A DNA stretch of 64,000 nucleotides, taken from NCBI GenBank assembly GCA_021817945.1, contig JAKAFL010000010.1, positions 25,363-89,362 of the forward strand, read 5' to 3'. Within the stretch, counting starts at the first letter, position 1, and the number at the start of each line of letters is the position of its first letter. The notes beneath the pieces are model-generated. The model saw only the letters and a program-made list of their open reading frames with translations. It had not been told where the DNA came from and searched no databases. Position numbers and translations under genes: made by a program. The DNA comes from a bacterium. GTDB lineage: Bacteria > Verrucomicrobiota > Verrucomicrobiia > Limisphaerales > UBA11358. Below are positions 28,657 to 37,910 of the stretch, one piece after another.

Positions 28657-30477
28657 TCACAGTTTTCGCAGCCCGGTGGCCACATGGCCCTTGGCCCGCT
28701 CCAGAATCTCCCGCACCTTCCAAGTCAGACCATCGGTCTTGTTTATTCCCTGAATGCGGGCATCGCAATACCGCGCGCGCAAGATCGCCCCCAATTGGCC
28801 GAATCCATAAAGCCCTTCATCGTTCATCTCCACCACAAAAATGTTGTTGAACCCGGCAAAAATATTCTCCAATCCGTTGGGCAAAGGATTGATATGCCTC
28901 AAATGCAACGAGGAAACACTGTCTCCCGCCCCGCGCGCCCTGTCCACCGCCTCGCGAATGGGCCCTTCTGTGGATCCCCAGCCCACCAGCAAAACGTTCC
29001 CTTCCGGCGGGCCATAAACCTTGGGTACCGGCAGTTCAGCCGCCATGGCCTGCAGCTTCTTGCGACGCTTGGCCGTCATTTGAATATGAAGCTTGGGTGA
29101 TCCCGTAGGATGCCCCAGTTCATCGTGCTCCAAACCAGTTACAATGGGGTACTTGCCGCTCAATATCTTCGTTCCAGGGGCCAAGTGCCGGGTCACCCCA
29201 TTTGGCGCGGCCAAATCATAGGGCTTGTGGTCCGCCACAGGCTCAAAACTGGGCGCCAGGTCCTGGCAAACCTTTTCCAAGTCAGGCTCGCGAAACGCCT
29301 CAATGCGCGTGGCAATCCCTTGGTCGGTCAGCAACACCACTGGCACGCTGTATTTGCGGGCAAGATTCACTGCTTCGATCGCCATGTAAAAACAATCCTC
29401 CACATTCGCAGGGGCGATAACCACTCTGGGTGAATCACCATGTCCCCCGTTGACGGCAATATTCAGGTCGGACTGCTCAATGTTGGTGGGCATGCCGGTG
29501 GATGGCCCGCCACGTTGAACATCAACGATCACCAATGGCATCTCGGCCATCACCGCCCAACCCAAAGCCTCCGTCTTCAAGGATATGCCCGGGCCGCTCG
29601 ATCCGGTCACGGCCACCCTGCCGCCGTAACTGGCGCCAATCGCCATGGACACCGCTGCAATCTCATCCTCCGTTTGCACAAAGGTTCCCCCGTACTTCGG
29701 CAGTTCCCGTCGCAGCAATTCCATGATGTCTGACCATGGGGTGATGGGATATCCCGCCCCAAAACGAACCCCCGCCGCAATCAAGCCATACCCGAGGGCC
29801 TCGTTTCCGTTCATCACCACTTGATGCCCTCCCTTGTCCTGGCTGGCGGCAAACCGAAAGGTCTCCACAACGTTGCCCAGGGAGTTCGCATACCCCGCAT
29901 GAAACGCCGCCAAGGCATTGTTCAAAATGCTGGGGTCCTTGCCCGTAAAACGTTCCCCGATCAGTTTCTCCAGTTTGGGAGTGTTCAAATCAAACATCTT
30001 GGCAATCAATCCCAGGGCAAAAATATTCTTCCCCTTGTCCTTGGCCGTGCCGCCAATGGCCTCCACCGTCAGGCCAGAGATGGGAATGCCAAGATGGTGG
30101 TAATCCTTCTTCCACTCGTCGCGGGGAACCACGTGGTCCGAATCGTAAAGCACAATGCCCCCTTTTTTCAGGGAGTTGATGTGACCCTCGTAGCTGTGCT
30201 GGTAAAAGGCCAGCAATACATCCGATTCGTCACCAGAACTCAACACCTCGCCGGACCCCATGCGGACCTGAAAAATGGAGGGCCCGCCTGATATGGTGGC
30301 TGGAATGGTCATGAAGGTCATGACTTCCTGTTCACTGCGCCCGGCCAGTCGCGCCAGGAAACCGCCGATTGCCTGAATGCCGTCTTGAGAATTGCCCGCT
30401 ATGCGGATCACCACCTCTTGAATGGAAGAGACCTTGGGAGCGCCTCCGGTGGAAAGTGCTGTAGATGTATCGCTCAT
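28657..30477 (-). CDS. korA: 2-oxoacid (2-oxoglutarate-type):ferredoxin oxidoreductase, alpha subunit
   Basis: 606 aa. GNEALGYGLIAAGVRFGAGYPITP and the QTEDEIAA.....GAS.GG block typical of KorA/OorA. Confidence 0.9.
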   Translation of the reverse strand: MSDTSTALSTGGAPKVSSIQEVVIRIAGNSQDGIQAIGGFLARLAGRSEQEVMTFMTIPATISGGPSIFQVRMGSGEVLSSGDESDVLLAFYQHSYEGHINSLKKGGIVLYDSDHVVPRDEWKKDYHHLGIPISGLTVEAIGGTAKDKGKNIFALGLIAKMFDLNTPKLEKLIGERFTGKDPSILNNALAAFHAGYANSLGNVVETFRFAASQDKGGHQVVMNGNEALGYGLIAAGVRFGAGYPITPWSDIMELLRRELPKYGGTFVQTEDEIAAVSMAIGASYGGRVAVTGSSGPGISLKTEALGWAVMAEMPLVIVDVQRGGPSTGMPTNIEQSDLNIAVNGGHGDSPRVVIAPANVEDCFYMAIEAVNLARKYSVPVVLLTDQGIATRIEAFREPDLEKVCQDLAPSFEPVADHKPYDLAAPNGVTRHLAPGTKILSGKYPIVTGLEHDELGHPTGSPKLHIQMTAKRRKKLQAMAAELPVPKVYGPPEGNVLLVGWGSTEGPIREAVDRARGAGDSVSSLHLRHINPLPNGLENIFAGFNNIFVVEMNDEGLYGFGQLGAILRARYCDARIQGINKTDGLTWKVREILERAKGHVATGLRKL

Positions 30478-30771
30478 GGAACCGTTTTAAAACTGTTTTA
30501 TTGGTTTACCGAACGCAAAGTGAAGTGTGGCTACTGTCAGTCAACGCGGCACTATTGCCTCTTAACACTAAGCAACGAGGTTGAAAGTGTCAAATTCTAA
30601 TGACTCATCAAATATCATTAAAAAAATTAATCTTGCGCGCACCTCAATGAACTAAAATGAATACTCCCCCTCCGCTGATTACCCGTATCCCCAGTCAGAC
30701 TGACGTTGGCCAACCTGCATCTGGAGTGATGTTCTCCTGAATGATTGCATTTATGCCTTTCCCTGATTGAA

Positions 30772-30850
30772 CCCGAAAAACGAAATTCAAAAGGCCAATC
30801 TGCCCCAATCTACTGGGCGCATCTTGACCTTTTCAATTTCGCTTTTCGGG
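30772..30850 (-). repeat. palindromic intergenic repeat, internally deleted copy 2 (orientation B)
   Basis: 79 bp. The first 50 nt and last 29 nt match the two ends of copy 4 (36407-36568), and the central 83 nt is missing. Confidence 0.85.
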
Positions 30851-31097
30851 TTAAAGACGGATGCCTTCAAGGCCGGTCCCTTGTGGCTCCGATTTTCCAT
30901 TCATGTCAAAAGTTTTTTGCTGAGACTGCCCAATGTTTTATCAGGGTTGGAAAACATTTTGCCAACACGCGCCATCCTTGGGCGAAAAAACGCGGGAAAT
31001 TCCGCTAAATATTGGCAAAGCCATGCATGCTGCCCGCTGGCACGGTGGTCGCTATCACGGAGTCATGCTAAAATTCTTTAACCGCTCCATGATTATT

Positions 31098-31652
31098 ATG
31101 AAACACAAACTGATCCGTTTTATCCTAGGCAGTTGTGTGAGTGTGATTGGCATGCAGGCAAGCGCTGACGAAGCTCCTGTCGCCACACCTGCGGCGCCGC
31201 CAGCCTCCATGCCGGAACATCTCACCTCCAGCCCTCCGCTTTCTTCCTATGACAACACTGGCCGCTTCGGGGCGGGGATTATTTTGGGTGAACCGACGGG
31301 TCTTTCGGTGAAATATTGGCTTAACGACAAGCTGGCCATTGATGGCGCTGCTGGATTTTCCTCTGCTGACCACACGGAATTCTATCTGCACAGCGATGTG
31401 TTGTGGCACAACTTTGATTTGATTCCAGTGCCTCAGGGACGCATGCCGGTTTATTTTGGAATCGGCGCCCTGGGTCGTTTGCGAGATGATCATCAAGACA
31501 ATCAGGTTGGCGTCCGTTTCCCGGTGGGAGTGTCTTACATGTTCGAGAACGCGCCGGTGGATGTTTTTGTGGAAGTTGCTCCTGCTATTGATGTTGCGCC
31601 GTCGGTGCAGGGCGAAATCACTGGTGGCGTTGGCATACGTTATTGGTTTTGA
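31098..31652 (+). CDS. small outer-membrane beta-barrel protein
   Basis: From the ATG at 31098. Signal peptide MKHKLIRFILGSCVSVIGMQASA. Alternating amphipathic strands (GLSVKYWL, AIDGAAGF, VYFGIGALG, VGVSYMF, VDVFVEVAP). C-terminal GVGIRYWF with a terminal aromatic residue. Confidence 0.7.
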   Translation: MKHKLIRFILGSCVSVIGMQASADEAPVATPAAPPASMPEHLTSSPPLSSYDNTGRFGAGIILGEPTGLSVKYWLNDKLAIDGAAGFSSADHTEFYLHSDVLWHNFDLIPVPQGRMPVYFGIGALGRLRDDHQDNQVGVRFPVGVSYMFENAPVDVFVEVAPAIDVAPSVQGEITGGVGIRYWF

Positions 31653-31695
31653 TGCGGCAACCGGTCCAGCCTCCCTCTGCCGCATGTGGCAATAT

Positions 31696-31857
31696 CCCGA
31701 AAAGCGAAATTGAAAGGGTCAAGATGCGGCAAGATGCTGGAGCGGAAACTGTTTGGAAAGATCGAAACCATACCCGAAGCGGTCTGGTGAGGTTTTTCCA
31801 AAGAGTTTGCGCCCAGTAAATTGGGGCAGATTGGCCATTTGAATTTCGTTTTTCGGG
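31696..31857 (+). repeat. palindromic intergenic repeat, full-length copy 3 (orientation A)
   Basis: CCCGAAAAGCGAAATTGAAAGG...CCATTTGAATTTCGTTTTTCGGG. Begins 44 nt after the OMP stop codon. Confidence 0.9.
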
Positions 31858-32135
31858 ATTATCCCCGTCACGGTTCGTTCTTGGGCAATCAGCGATGCAT
31901 GCCCGGGGTGAAAATCCAGTTGAGAAACCAAAGGAGCAGCGCAACCAAGCCAATCAGGACAGCCCCAAAGAAGAAGGTGAAAAACTTGATCTGCCTTTGG
32001 TGCGGCGAGGGCTTGCGCTTGAATGGCATTTTTAAAGGTAGGCGTGAAACCAATGTTTTTCAAATGCCCCTTTTCAGGCTGGCCGCGATGTTTACAACAT
32101 GGTGAATGGCCGCCGTGAGGATGAAGTGCCTTGTT

Positions 32136-32861
32136 TTAATTAAAAGCCCAGGCCAACCACGGCGCACAGAGCAGGGCAGGCAGGAAATTAGCCAGAGCCA
32201 CGCGGCGAACCTGCAAAATGACCGGGGCCATCGCACAGGTGATGAGTCCAGCGGTGGCGTTTTCCAGGTCCAATGCCTGATGCGCCAACAGGCACGGCAG
32301 CACCACGCCATGTGTCACCAGCGTCAAGCCATCAAAAAATCCCAGAACTGGCAATGCAGCCAGGGCCACCGGCCACCGACAGCCTTGCACAAAACTCATC
32401 ATGGCCATCCCGTCCATCATGGCTTTGATCAGGAACAGCCAGAAATCGCCATTCAACCCATCCGCCACAGATCCCACAATCCCCAATGGGGAGCTGCAGT
32501 AGAGCAAGGCTGCCGAAATCCAGGCTCCAGATGCCGGGGTCTTATTATCAGACCGGGAGGCTGACCCCAGCTTTTGAGCGGCCCAATGTCCCATCCAGTT
32601 GGATAAATTCTGCATCCCGGCCGCGCGGCCCAAAAAATGCCCTGCCACGAGGGCCAGGACCGCCAGCATTCCTTCCTTTAAAACATGGCTCAAAGGCCCA
32701 TGGACTCCCAGCCAGAACAAGTTCAAACCTGCCAATACGGTGGCCGCCCCCAAAAAGGATTTCATTCCAATTTGTGTACGCAGAGTCAGGGGCTTTGGCC
32801 ATGTCACACCCCAAAGCGCCCCAGCAAGGATCCCCAATGCGTTTAGAAATGCTCCAATCAT
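32136..32861 (-). CDS. DUF554 family membrane protein
   Basis: 241 aa. MIGAFLNALGILAGALWG start and about 7 hydrophobic helices, the pattern of the YdfK/YqgA-like DUF554 family. Confidence 0.75.
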   Translation of the reverse strand: MIGAFLNALGILAGALWGVTWPKPLTLRTQIGMKSFLGAATVLAGLNLFWLGVHGPLSHVLKEGMLAVLALVAGHFLGRAAGMQNLSNWMGHWAAQKLGSASRSDNKTPASGAWISAALLYCSSPLGIVGSVADGLNGDFWLFLIKAMMDGMAMMSFVQGCRWPVALAALPVLGFFDGLTLVTHGVVLPCLLAHQALDLENATAGLITCAMAPVILQVRRVALANFLPALLCAPWLAWAFN

Positions 32862-32952
32862 TTGCTCCCATCCTGAACCTTGACTCCAAAGAAAACAATT
32901 TCCATTACCGCAACCCAGCCTTATGGTTTTCGCCTTGGGCCAATTTTCAACA

Positions 32953-34236
32953 ATGCGGAGCCCGGCACCTCAATCGCCGTGGCCGTGGGTGCCTTCGCTT
33001 TATTTTGCGGAAGGTTTGCCCTATGCCTTGGTCGCTTCAGTGTCCGTGGTGGCCTACAAAAACCTCGGGGTTTCCAATGATATCGTGACCCTGTCTGCCA
33101 ATCTCCTGTGCCTGCCTTGGATGTTCAAGCCTCTTTGGAGCCCGGTTGTGGACCTGATCCGCACCCGGCGCCAGTGGGTCTGGGCATGCCAGATGATCAT
33201 GGCTTTATCCCTGCTGTGCCTGGCCTTGGCAGTGGAGTCCTCCCATTTTTTAATACTTTCATTGGTGGGCATGGCCTTGTTGAGCCTGACCTCGGCCACC
33301 CACGACATGGCCGCAGATGGTTTTTACCTGGTCACCCTCCCGGAATGGCAACAGGCGGCATTCTCCGGGGTGCGAAACACCGCCTATCGAGCCGCAGGCA
33401 TGGCCGCCCAAGCGGGCCTTGTCATGATGGCTGGCGCCCTTTATCAGCATGGCGGGTCTTACCAAAGCGCCTGGGCCGTCGCTTTGGGCTCATGCGCCCT
33501 CATCATGTTTTTACTGGCCAGCTACCATCACTTTCAACTGCCTTATCCTTCGGGTGACAGGCCTGGAAGCCACGCCATTGGAATGCCCTGGCTCCCGGAC
33601 TTTCTCAACGTGTTGGGCTCCTTTTTCCGCAAACGCCGCATCCTGATAATGCTGGCATTTCTCCTTTTTTATCGTTTCGGCGAGGCCCAACTTGCACCCG
33701 TTTCACGCCTATTTCTGCTGGATGCGCCTGATAACGGAGGCTTGGGATTGACCGATCCCCAGTATTCCCGGATTTATGGCCTGTGGGGCCTTGCCGCTTT
33801 GCTGGGAGGCGGGCTGCTGGGGGGATGGTTGATTTCACGCCATGGCTTGAGACGCTGGCTTTGGCCCATGGTTCTGGCTTTGCACGTTCCTGACGGCTTG
33901 TTTCTATGGCTTGCCTGTGCCAAGCCATCCAGCCTGCTTTTGATCACCCTCGGCGTGAGTGTGGAACAATTCGGCTACGGATTCGGGTTTGCCGCGTACA
34001 TGATGTATATGCTCCACATGGCTCGGGGAAGGCATTCCACGGCTCATTACGCCCTCTGCACGGGTTTCATGGCCGCCGGCTTGTTGATCCCCGGCCTTTG
34101 GAGTGGATGGCTCCAACTGCGCCTGGGTTACCCGCTCTTTTTTGCCTGGGTCCTGCTCGCCACCATCCCGGGCTTCGTTGTGGCAGCATGCCTTTCCGTG
34201 CCCCGAAATCTCGGGCGCCGCTCACCAATCCGTTGA
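32953..34236 (+). CDS. MFS transporter, AmpG-like (muropeptide/lysophospholipid permease family)
   Basis: PWVPSLYFAEGLPYALV and FKPLWSPVVD blocks typical of the AmpG/LplT clade. About 12 TM helices. Start taken at the ATG at 32953 (the track ORF opens at 32923). Confidence 0.78.
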   Translation: MRSPAPQSPWPWVPSLYFAEGLPYALVASVSVVAYKNLGVSNDIVTLSANLLCLPWMFKPLWSPVVDLIRTRRQWVWACQMIMALSLLCLALAVESSHFLILSLVGMALLSLTSATHDMAADGFYLVTLPEWQQAAFSGVRNTAYRAAGMAAQAGLVMMAGALYQHGGSYQSAWAVALGSCALIMFLLASYHHFQLPYPSGDRPGSHAIGMPWLPDFLNVLGSFFRKRRILIMLAFLLFYRFGEAQLAPVSRLFLLDAPDNGGLGLTDPQYSRIYGLWGLAALLGGGLLGGWLISRHGLRRWLWPMVLALHVPDGLFLWLACAKPSSLLLITLGVSVEQFGYGFGFAAYMMYMLHMARGRHSTAHYALCTGFMAAGLLIPGLWSGWLQLRLGYPLFFAWVLLATIPGFVVAACLSVPRNLGRRSPIR

Positions 34237-34301
34237 CCGCATTCCAGCAAACTGAATTGCCTTTGCCACGCCAGCTTTCGTAGAATCGCCATTGTCGCCA
34301 T

Positions 34302-35534
34302 ATGATGCCATTTCACTCATACACCGCCCGGATCTTCCACAACACCCTGCAAACGAAAGGGTCCTTCATTTTATTCCCGGCCAGCCTGGTGTTCATACTG
34401 TCAGTTAGCCTGTTCCAAGTCCCTGGCCAAAATATGGACGCTCCACAGCCGGTCCACGGCCCCACTCCGGTGGTGCACAGGCCCAGTATTATTTTACTTC
34501 AATTCCACGGCCTGGCTTTTGGGGATTTAAGCTGCCTGGGCCAGACCCAGTTCCAAACTCCCAACTTCGACGAATTGGCCGGAGAGGGAATGACATTCAC
34601 CCATTTTACTCCCGGAACCACCAACCCTGCGGAGGCCCAAGCCCGGTTTTTAAACTGTGTTTCGTATTCTGACCAGACAATGCCCCTCGCGAGCATTCTC
34701 AAATCCGCCGGTTATCGTACGGGATTCATTGGCGAATGGCCCCTGCCAGGCCAGCCCTGGGATCAGGGTTTTGATGAATTTGCCGGATTTCTCAATCCCG
34801 ACCTTGGCACCAATTATTACGCCGACACCTTCTGGCGCCGCACGCCTAAAATGTTTTACAATAACATGACGCACAATTGGATGGAATGGAACCCTGCCGA
34901 CGGCCCCAACAACGGAGGTCAGGAGATGATTTACCAAAACATCCAGGGTCATCAAGGCCGGTACCTCCCCGATTTCATGTTCACCTGGGTACTTCATTTC
35001 ATGCAGGACAACATGCCCCAATGGTACACAGGCTACCGCCCTTTTTTCCTGGTCGTCAACCTCCCGGCGCCCCGCTCTGCCGCGCCCGGCAAGGATGTTT
35101 TCCCGGTTCCCACAGACGCTCCCTTTTCAGACGAACCCTGGCCACAGCCCGCCAAAAATCGGGCAGCCCTTCTCACCCGACTTGATGGCAGCATTGCCAC
35201 GCTGTTGCAAAAACTTCGGCAAAAGGGCCTGACCAATGAGGTGGCCGTCTTTCTCACCAGCAGCGAGCCGCCAGCTCCGTACTCGACACCGGGCATGGGT
35301 TTTCTTCAAGCGCCTGAAGACCGTGCCAACACAACCAATTCCGCGCCGCTTGCCCCCATGATCACCTATTGGCCCGGCGTGATCCCTGCGGGAAAAACCA
35401 ATAACGAACCCTGGCAAGCCTCCGATTTTCCCGCCACGGCATTGCAAATAGCCGGTTGCAAACCCGTCGGCAAAATTTCAGGAACCTCCATCATCCCCCT
35501 TTTGCAGGGACATGATAGGCCATCCCAACCCTGA
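34302..35534 (+). CDS. sulfatase-fold protein with degenerate active site (likely non-catalytic)
   Basis: 410 aa with an N-terminal anchor. Collinear with the type I sulfatase N-terminus but with substitutions: SIILLQFHGLAFGDLSCLG vs consensus NI.L...DDLG.GDLG.YG; TPNFDELAGEGMTFTHF conserved; TNPAE in place of C/S-x-P-x-R; GEWPLPG in place of GKWHLG. Confidence 0.7.
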   Translation: MMPFHSYTARIFHNTLQTKGSFILFPASLVFILSVSLFQVPGQNMDAPQPVHGPTPVVHRPSIILLQFHGLAFGDLSCLGQTQFQTPNFDELAGEGMTFTHFTPGTTNPAEAQARFLNCVSYSDQTMPLASILKSAGYRTGFIGEWPLPGQPWDQGFDEFAGFLNPDLGTNYYADTFWRRTPKMFYNNMTHNWMEWNPADGPNNGGQEMIYQNIQGHQGRYLPDFMFTWVLHFMQDNMPQWYTGYRPFFLVVNLPAPRSAAPGKDVFPVPTDAPFSDEPWPQPAKNRAALLTRLDGSIATLLQKLRQKGLTNEVAVFLTSSEPPAPYSTPGMGFLQAPEDRANTTNSAPLAPMITYWPGVIPAGKTNNEPWQASDFPATALQIAGCKPVGKISGTSIIPLLQGHDRPSQP

Positions 35535-35841
35535 TTTGGAAAAAGGGTCGTAAAGGGGCTGAATCTGCCGTTTTTTTGAACGTCACCATAAATGGGCACA
35601 AAGTCATATTTTAGCATTCTTTAGAGAGACGATGAAAAACTTGCTGAGTTTTTTATCCGACTTGGATTAGAACCCTTATAGAGCAGGACAGAAGGTGACG
35701 CTTATCAAAAGGAACATTTTCCAAATCGCCTGAAACGAACAATCCCGGCTTTCTGAGATTTGAAAATGACCCCACATTGCGAGCAAAGGCCTTGGAAACC
35801 GCCATTTTCCGCTCAAAACCACCAGACAATTCCGAGTGGAG

Positions 35842-36193
35842 TGGTGGAGGCGGCGGGAGTTGAACCCGCGTCCCAAGTCAACCAACCAGCCGCGACTACA
35901 TGCTTAGCCCGGGATTTTTTTTCTGCATCGCGATGGCGCCCGGGCACGAGTCGCTTTGCCTAGTCCGCATGAAATTTCTCGGCTGACTGCGCGCGGTCCC
36001 CGCATTCAACCATGCCTGCTGTTGCGTTCATCCACCTTAGCAGGCGTGGAGCAGTGAACGTCACGGCACTTAGGCCGCGAGGGCTAATTCTTCGTTAGCT
36101 TTTTTGTTTTGATGCGATGATTAACGAGGCCAACGCATCGTCCTCGGCATGCCGCCTCTGGCGTGTTCACATGGTCGAAACCAGTACGCCCCC
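35842..36193 (-). ncRNA. ssrA: tmRNA (SsrA)
   Basis: The reverse complement starts GGGGGCGTACTGGTTTCGAC and ends GGGACGCGGGTTCAACTCCCGCCGCCTCCACCA. The 7-bp acceptor stem has a G3:U70 pair, and there is a T-arm GCGGG-TTCAACT-CCCGC. The internal tag frame ...AAA AAA GCT AAC GAA GAA TTA GCC CTC GCG GCC TAA encodes ...ANEELALAA. Confidence 0.92.
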
Positions 36194-36209
36194 AGAACAG
36201 TCATAACCC

Positions 36210-36238
36210 ATAATCGCCTATTAAGCAGATTTCGTCAA
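36210..36238 (-). promoter_or_regulatory. candidate sigma-70 promoter for ssrA
   Basis: The minus strand reads TTGACG, a 17-nt spacer, then GATTAT, ending 16 nt upstream of the mature tmRNA 5' end. A leader is expected because RNase P processes the 5' end. Confidence 0.35.
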
Positions 36239-36406
36239 GGAAGGGTTCAACTAAAAATCCAGGCCTGTAACGATACAGTAATTAATGTTTATGGCGGAAA
36301 CTTTCGTTTGATGTTCAGACGGGCTTAATTCTGCCTACACAAATGGAGTGCTGCGGACCTTCAGTATCAATTTTTTCGAGGCCGGCTCCTGTTCTCTATC
36401 TTTGAA

Positions 36407-36568
36407 CCCGAAAAACGAAAATCAAAAGGCCAATCTGCGTCAATCTACTGGGCGCAAACTCGTTGGAAAAACCTCACCAGATCGCTTCGGGTATGGTTTC
36501 GATTTTTCCGAAGAGGTTCCACTCCAGCATTCTGCCGCATCTTGACCCTTTCAATTTTGCTTTTCGGG
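36407..36568 (-). repeat. palindromic intergenic repeat, full-length copy 4 (orientation B)
   Basis: CCCGAAAAACGAAAATCAAAAGG...CCCTTTCAATTTTGCTTTTCGGG(G). Its reverse complement aligns end to end with copies 1 and 3. It lies 41 nt downstream of the stop of the receiver gene at 36609. Confidence 0.9.
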
Positions 36569-36608
36569 GTGAAATACTTTTTTCAGCAAATGATGCAGGC
36601 TGAAGGAT

Positions 36609-37016
36609 TCACTTTGGACCTGGGGCAGCCTGACTGGAGCTTGGGTCAGCGGCTTGCGGAAGCAGAGAGCGGACGCGACTTTCCAACCGGTCCAGGTCGA
36701 GTGGCTTGGTGAAAAAATCCTCCACCTGCATGGCAGTTGTGCGTTTGGTTACCTGGCTGGAAAGGGCGCTCATGAAGATGACGGGGATTTTTCGCGTGGA
36801 TGGCTGGCGTTTAAGGATTTCACAGACGGACAACCCATCCAAGTCGGGCAGCAGGATGTCCAGCAGAATCAAATCAGGTTTGAATTGCCGGGCTTGGCTC
36901 AGGGCCTGGACACCATCATTTGCGACCAAAAAATCGCATTTCAAATCGGCAAGGCGGAACTTGACGAGTTCAATGAAGTCCACCTCGTCATCGACAATCA
37001 AAATCTGTCTTGTCAT
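36609..37016 (-). CDS. single-domain response regulator (CheY-like receiver)
   Basis: From the ATG at 37016: MTRQILIVDDE...LILLDILLPDLDG...IFMSA...KP. No output domain. Confidence 0.85.
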   Translation of the reverse strand: MTRQILIVDDEVDFIELVKFRLADLKCDFLVANDGVQALSQARQFKPDLILLDILLPDLDGLSVCEILKRQPSTRKIPVIFMSALSSQVTKRTTAMQVEDFFTKPLDLDRLESRVRSLLPQAADPSSSQAAPGPK

Positions 37017-37125
37017 AAACCACAAGTTAACCCTTCGATGAATGATGACAATAGCGAAGCGGTTAAAGTGCGGTTACGAAACGGAGACATCGGCAGCCAG
37101 GCGGCGGGAGGGTAGGCGACCGCCA

Positions 37126-37176
37126 AAAGAAAAATGCGGGCTTGGGGCGGGCATTCGTCCCGCGTCCAAGCCCGCA
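37126..37176 (-). terminator. rho-independent terminator downstream of the peroxiredoxin gene
   Basis: Long GC-rich hairpin with arms TGCGGGCTTGG (37135-37145) and CCAAGCCCGCA (37166-37176), plus an inner GCGGG/CCCGC pairing. On the minus strand it is followed by TTTTTCTTTT. Confidence 0.55.
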
Positions 37177-37191
37177 TTCAAAAGCGGACGC

Positions 37192-37671
37192 TTATTTTAA
37201 TTTTTCCAAGGTGGTCTTGATGGCTGCAAAATTGGGAAGATCCTTGGGGGTGGGGGTTTGTTCGCTGTATTGCACCGTGCCGTGTTTATCAATGACGAAG
37301 GCAGCGCGGGCGGCTGTGTCTCCCACTCCTGCCAGCATGGGGAAAAGCACATCGTATTTTTTCGTGACTTCCTTGTTGAGGTCGCTGGCAAGGGCTATTT
37401 TGATGTTGTTCTGCTTGGCCCAGGCCTCCTGGGCAAACGGGCTATCCACGCTGATGGCGATGACATGCGCGCCCAATTTTTCATACTCACCCAAACCGGC
37501 TGTTTGATCACACATCTCCGAGGTGCAAACACTGGTATAGGCAAGTGGAAAAAACAGAAGGACGGTGTTTTTCTTTCCAAAATTGTCACTGAGCTTGATG
37601 TCGCTCAGGCCGCTGGCATTTTTGGATTTGAGGGTAAAGTCCGGAGCTTTGGATCCTGTGGGAATAGGCAT
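37192..37671 (-). CDS. peroxiredoxin (AhpC/TSA family)
   Basis: 159 aa. KAPDFTL...LLFFPLAYTSVCTSE with the peroxidatic Cys in the P..T..C context. Confidence 0.88.
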   Translation of the reverse strand: MPIPTGSKAPDFTLKSKNASGLSDIKLSDNFGKKNTVLLFFPLAYTSVCTSEMCDQTAGLGEYEKLGAHVIAISVDSPFAQEAWAKQNNIKIALASDLNKEVTKKYDVLFPMLAGVGDTAARAAFVIDKHGTVQYSEQTPTPKDLPNFAAIKTTLEKLK

Positions 37672-37910
37672 AATAATGTTGGTCAGATTGTTAAATTTAA
37701 ACCTTGGCTTATTCTGGCTTCAATGCCATGGGGTGTCAACATAGTTTGGCGTAACATATGGTTTGGCACCGGCTTGGGAAGAGACTCAAAAGTCCTCTCT
37801 TAAAGACGATTCGTCCGCCGACCCGGCAGCGCGCGCAGGGGCCATTTACAGGGTCACCTCCAGTGAGGCGGCGGGGCTGCAGCCGCCAGCCGACCATGCC
37901 GGCCCAGGTG

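Noticed and set aside
35676-35963. ORFs 35676-35885(-) and 35760-35963(+).
   Set aside because: They overlap the tmRNA gene and its flank. The tmRNA structure explains the region.
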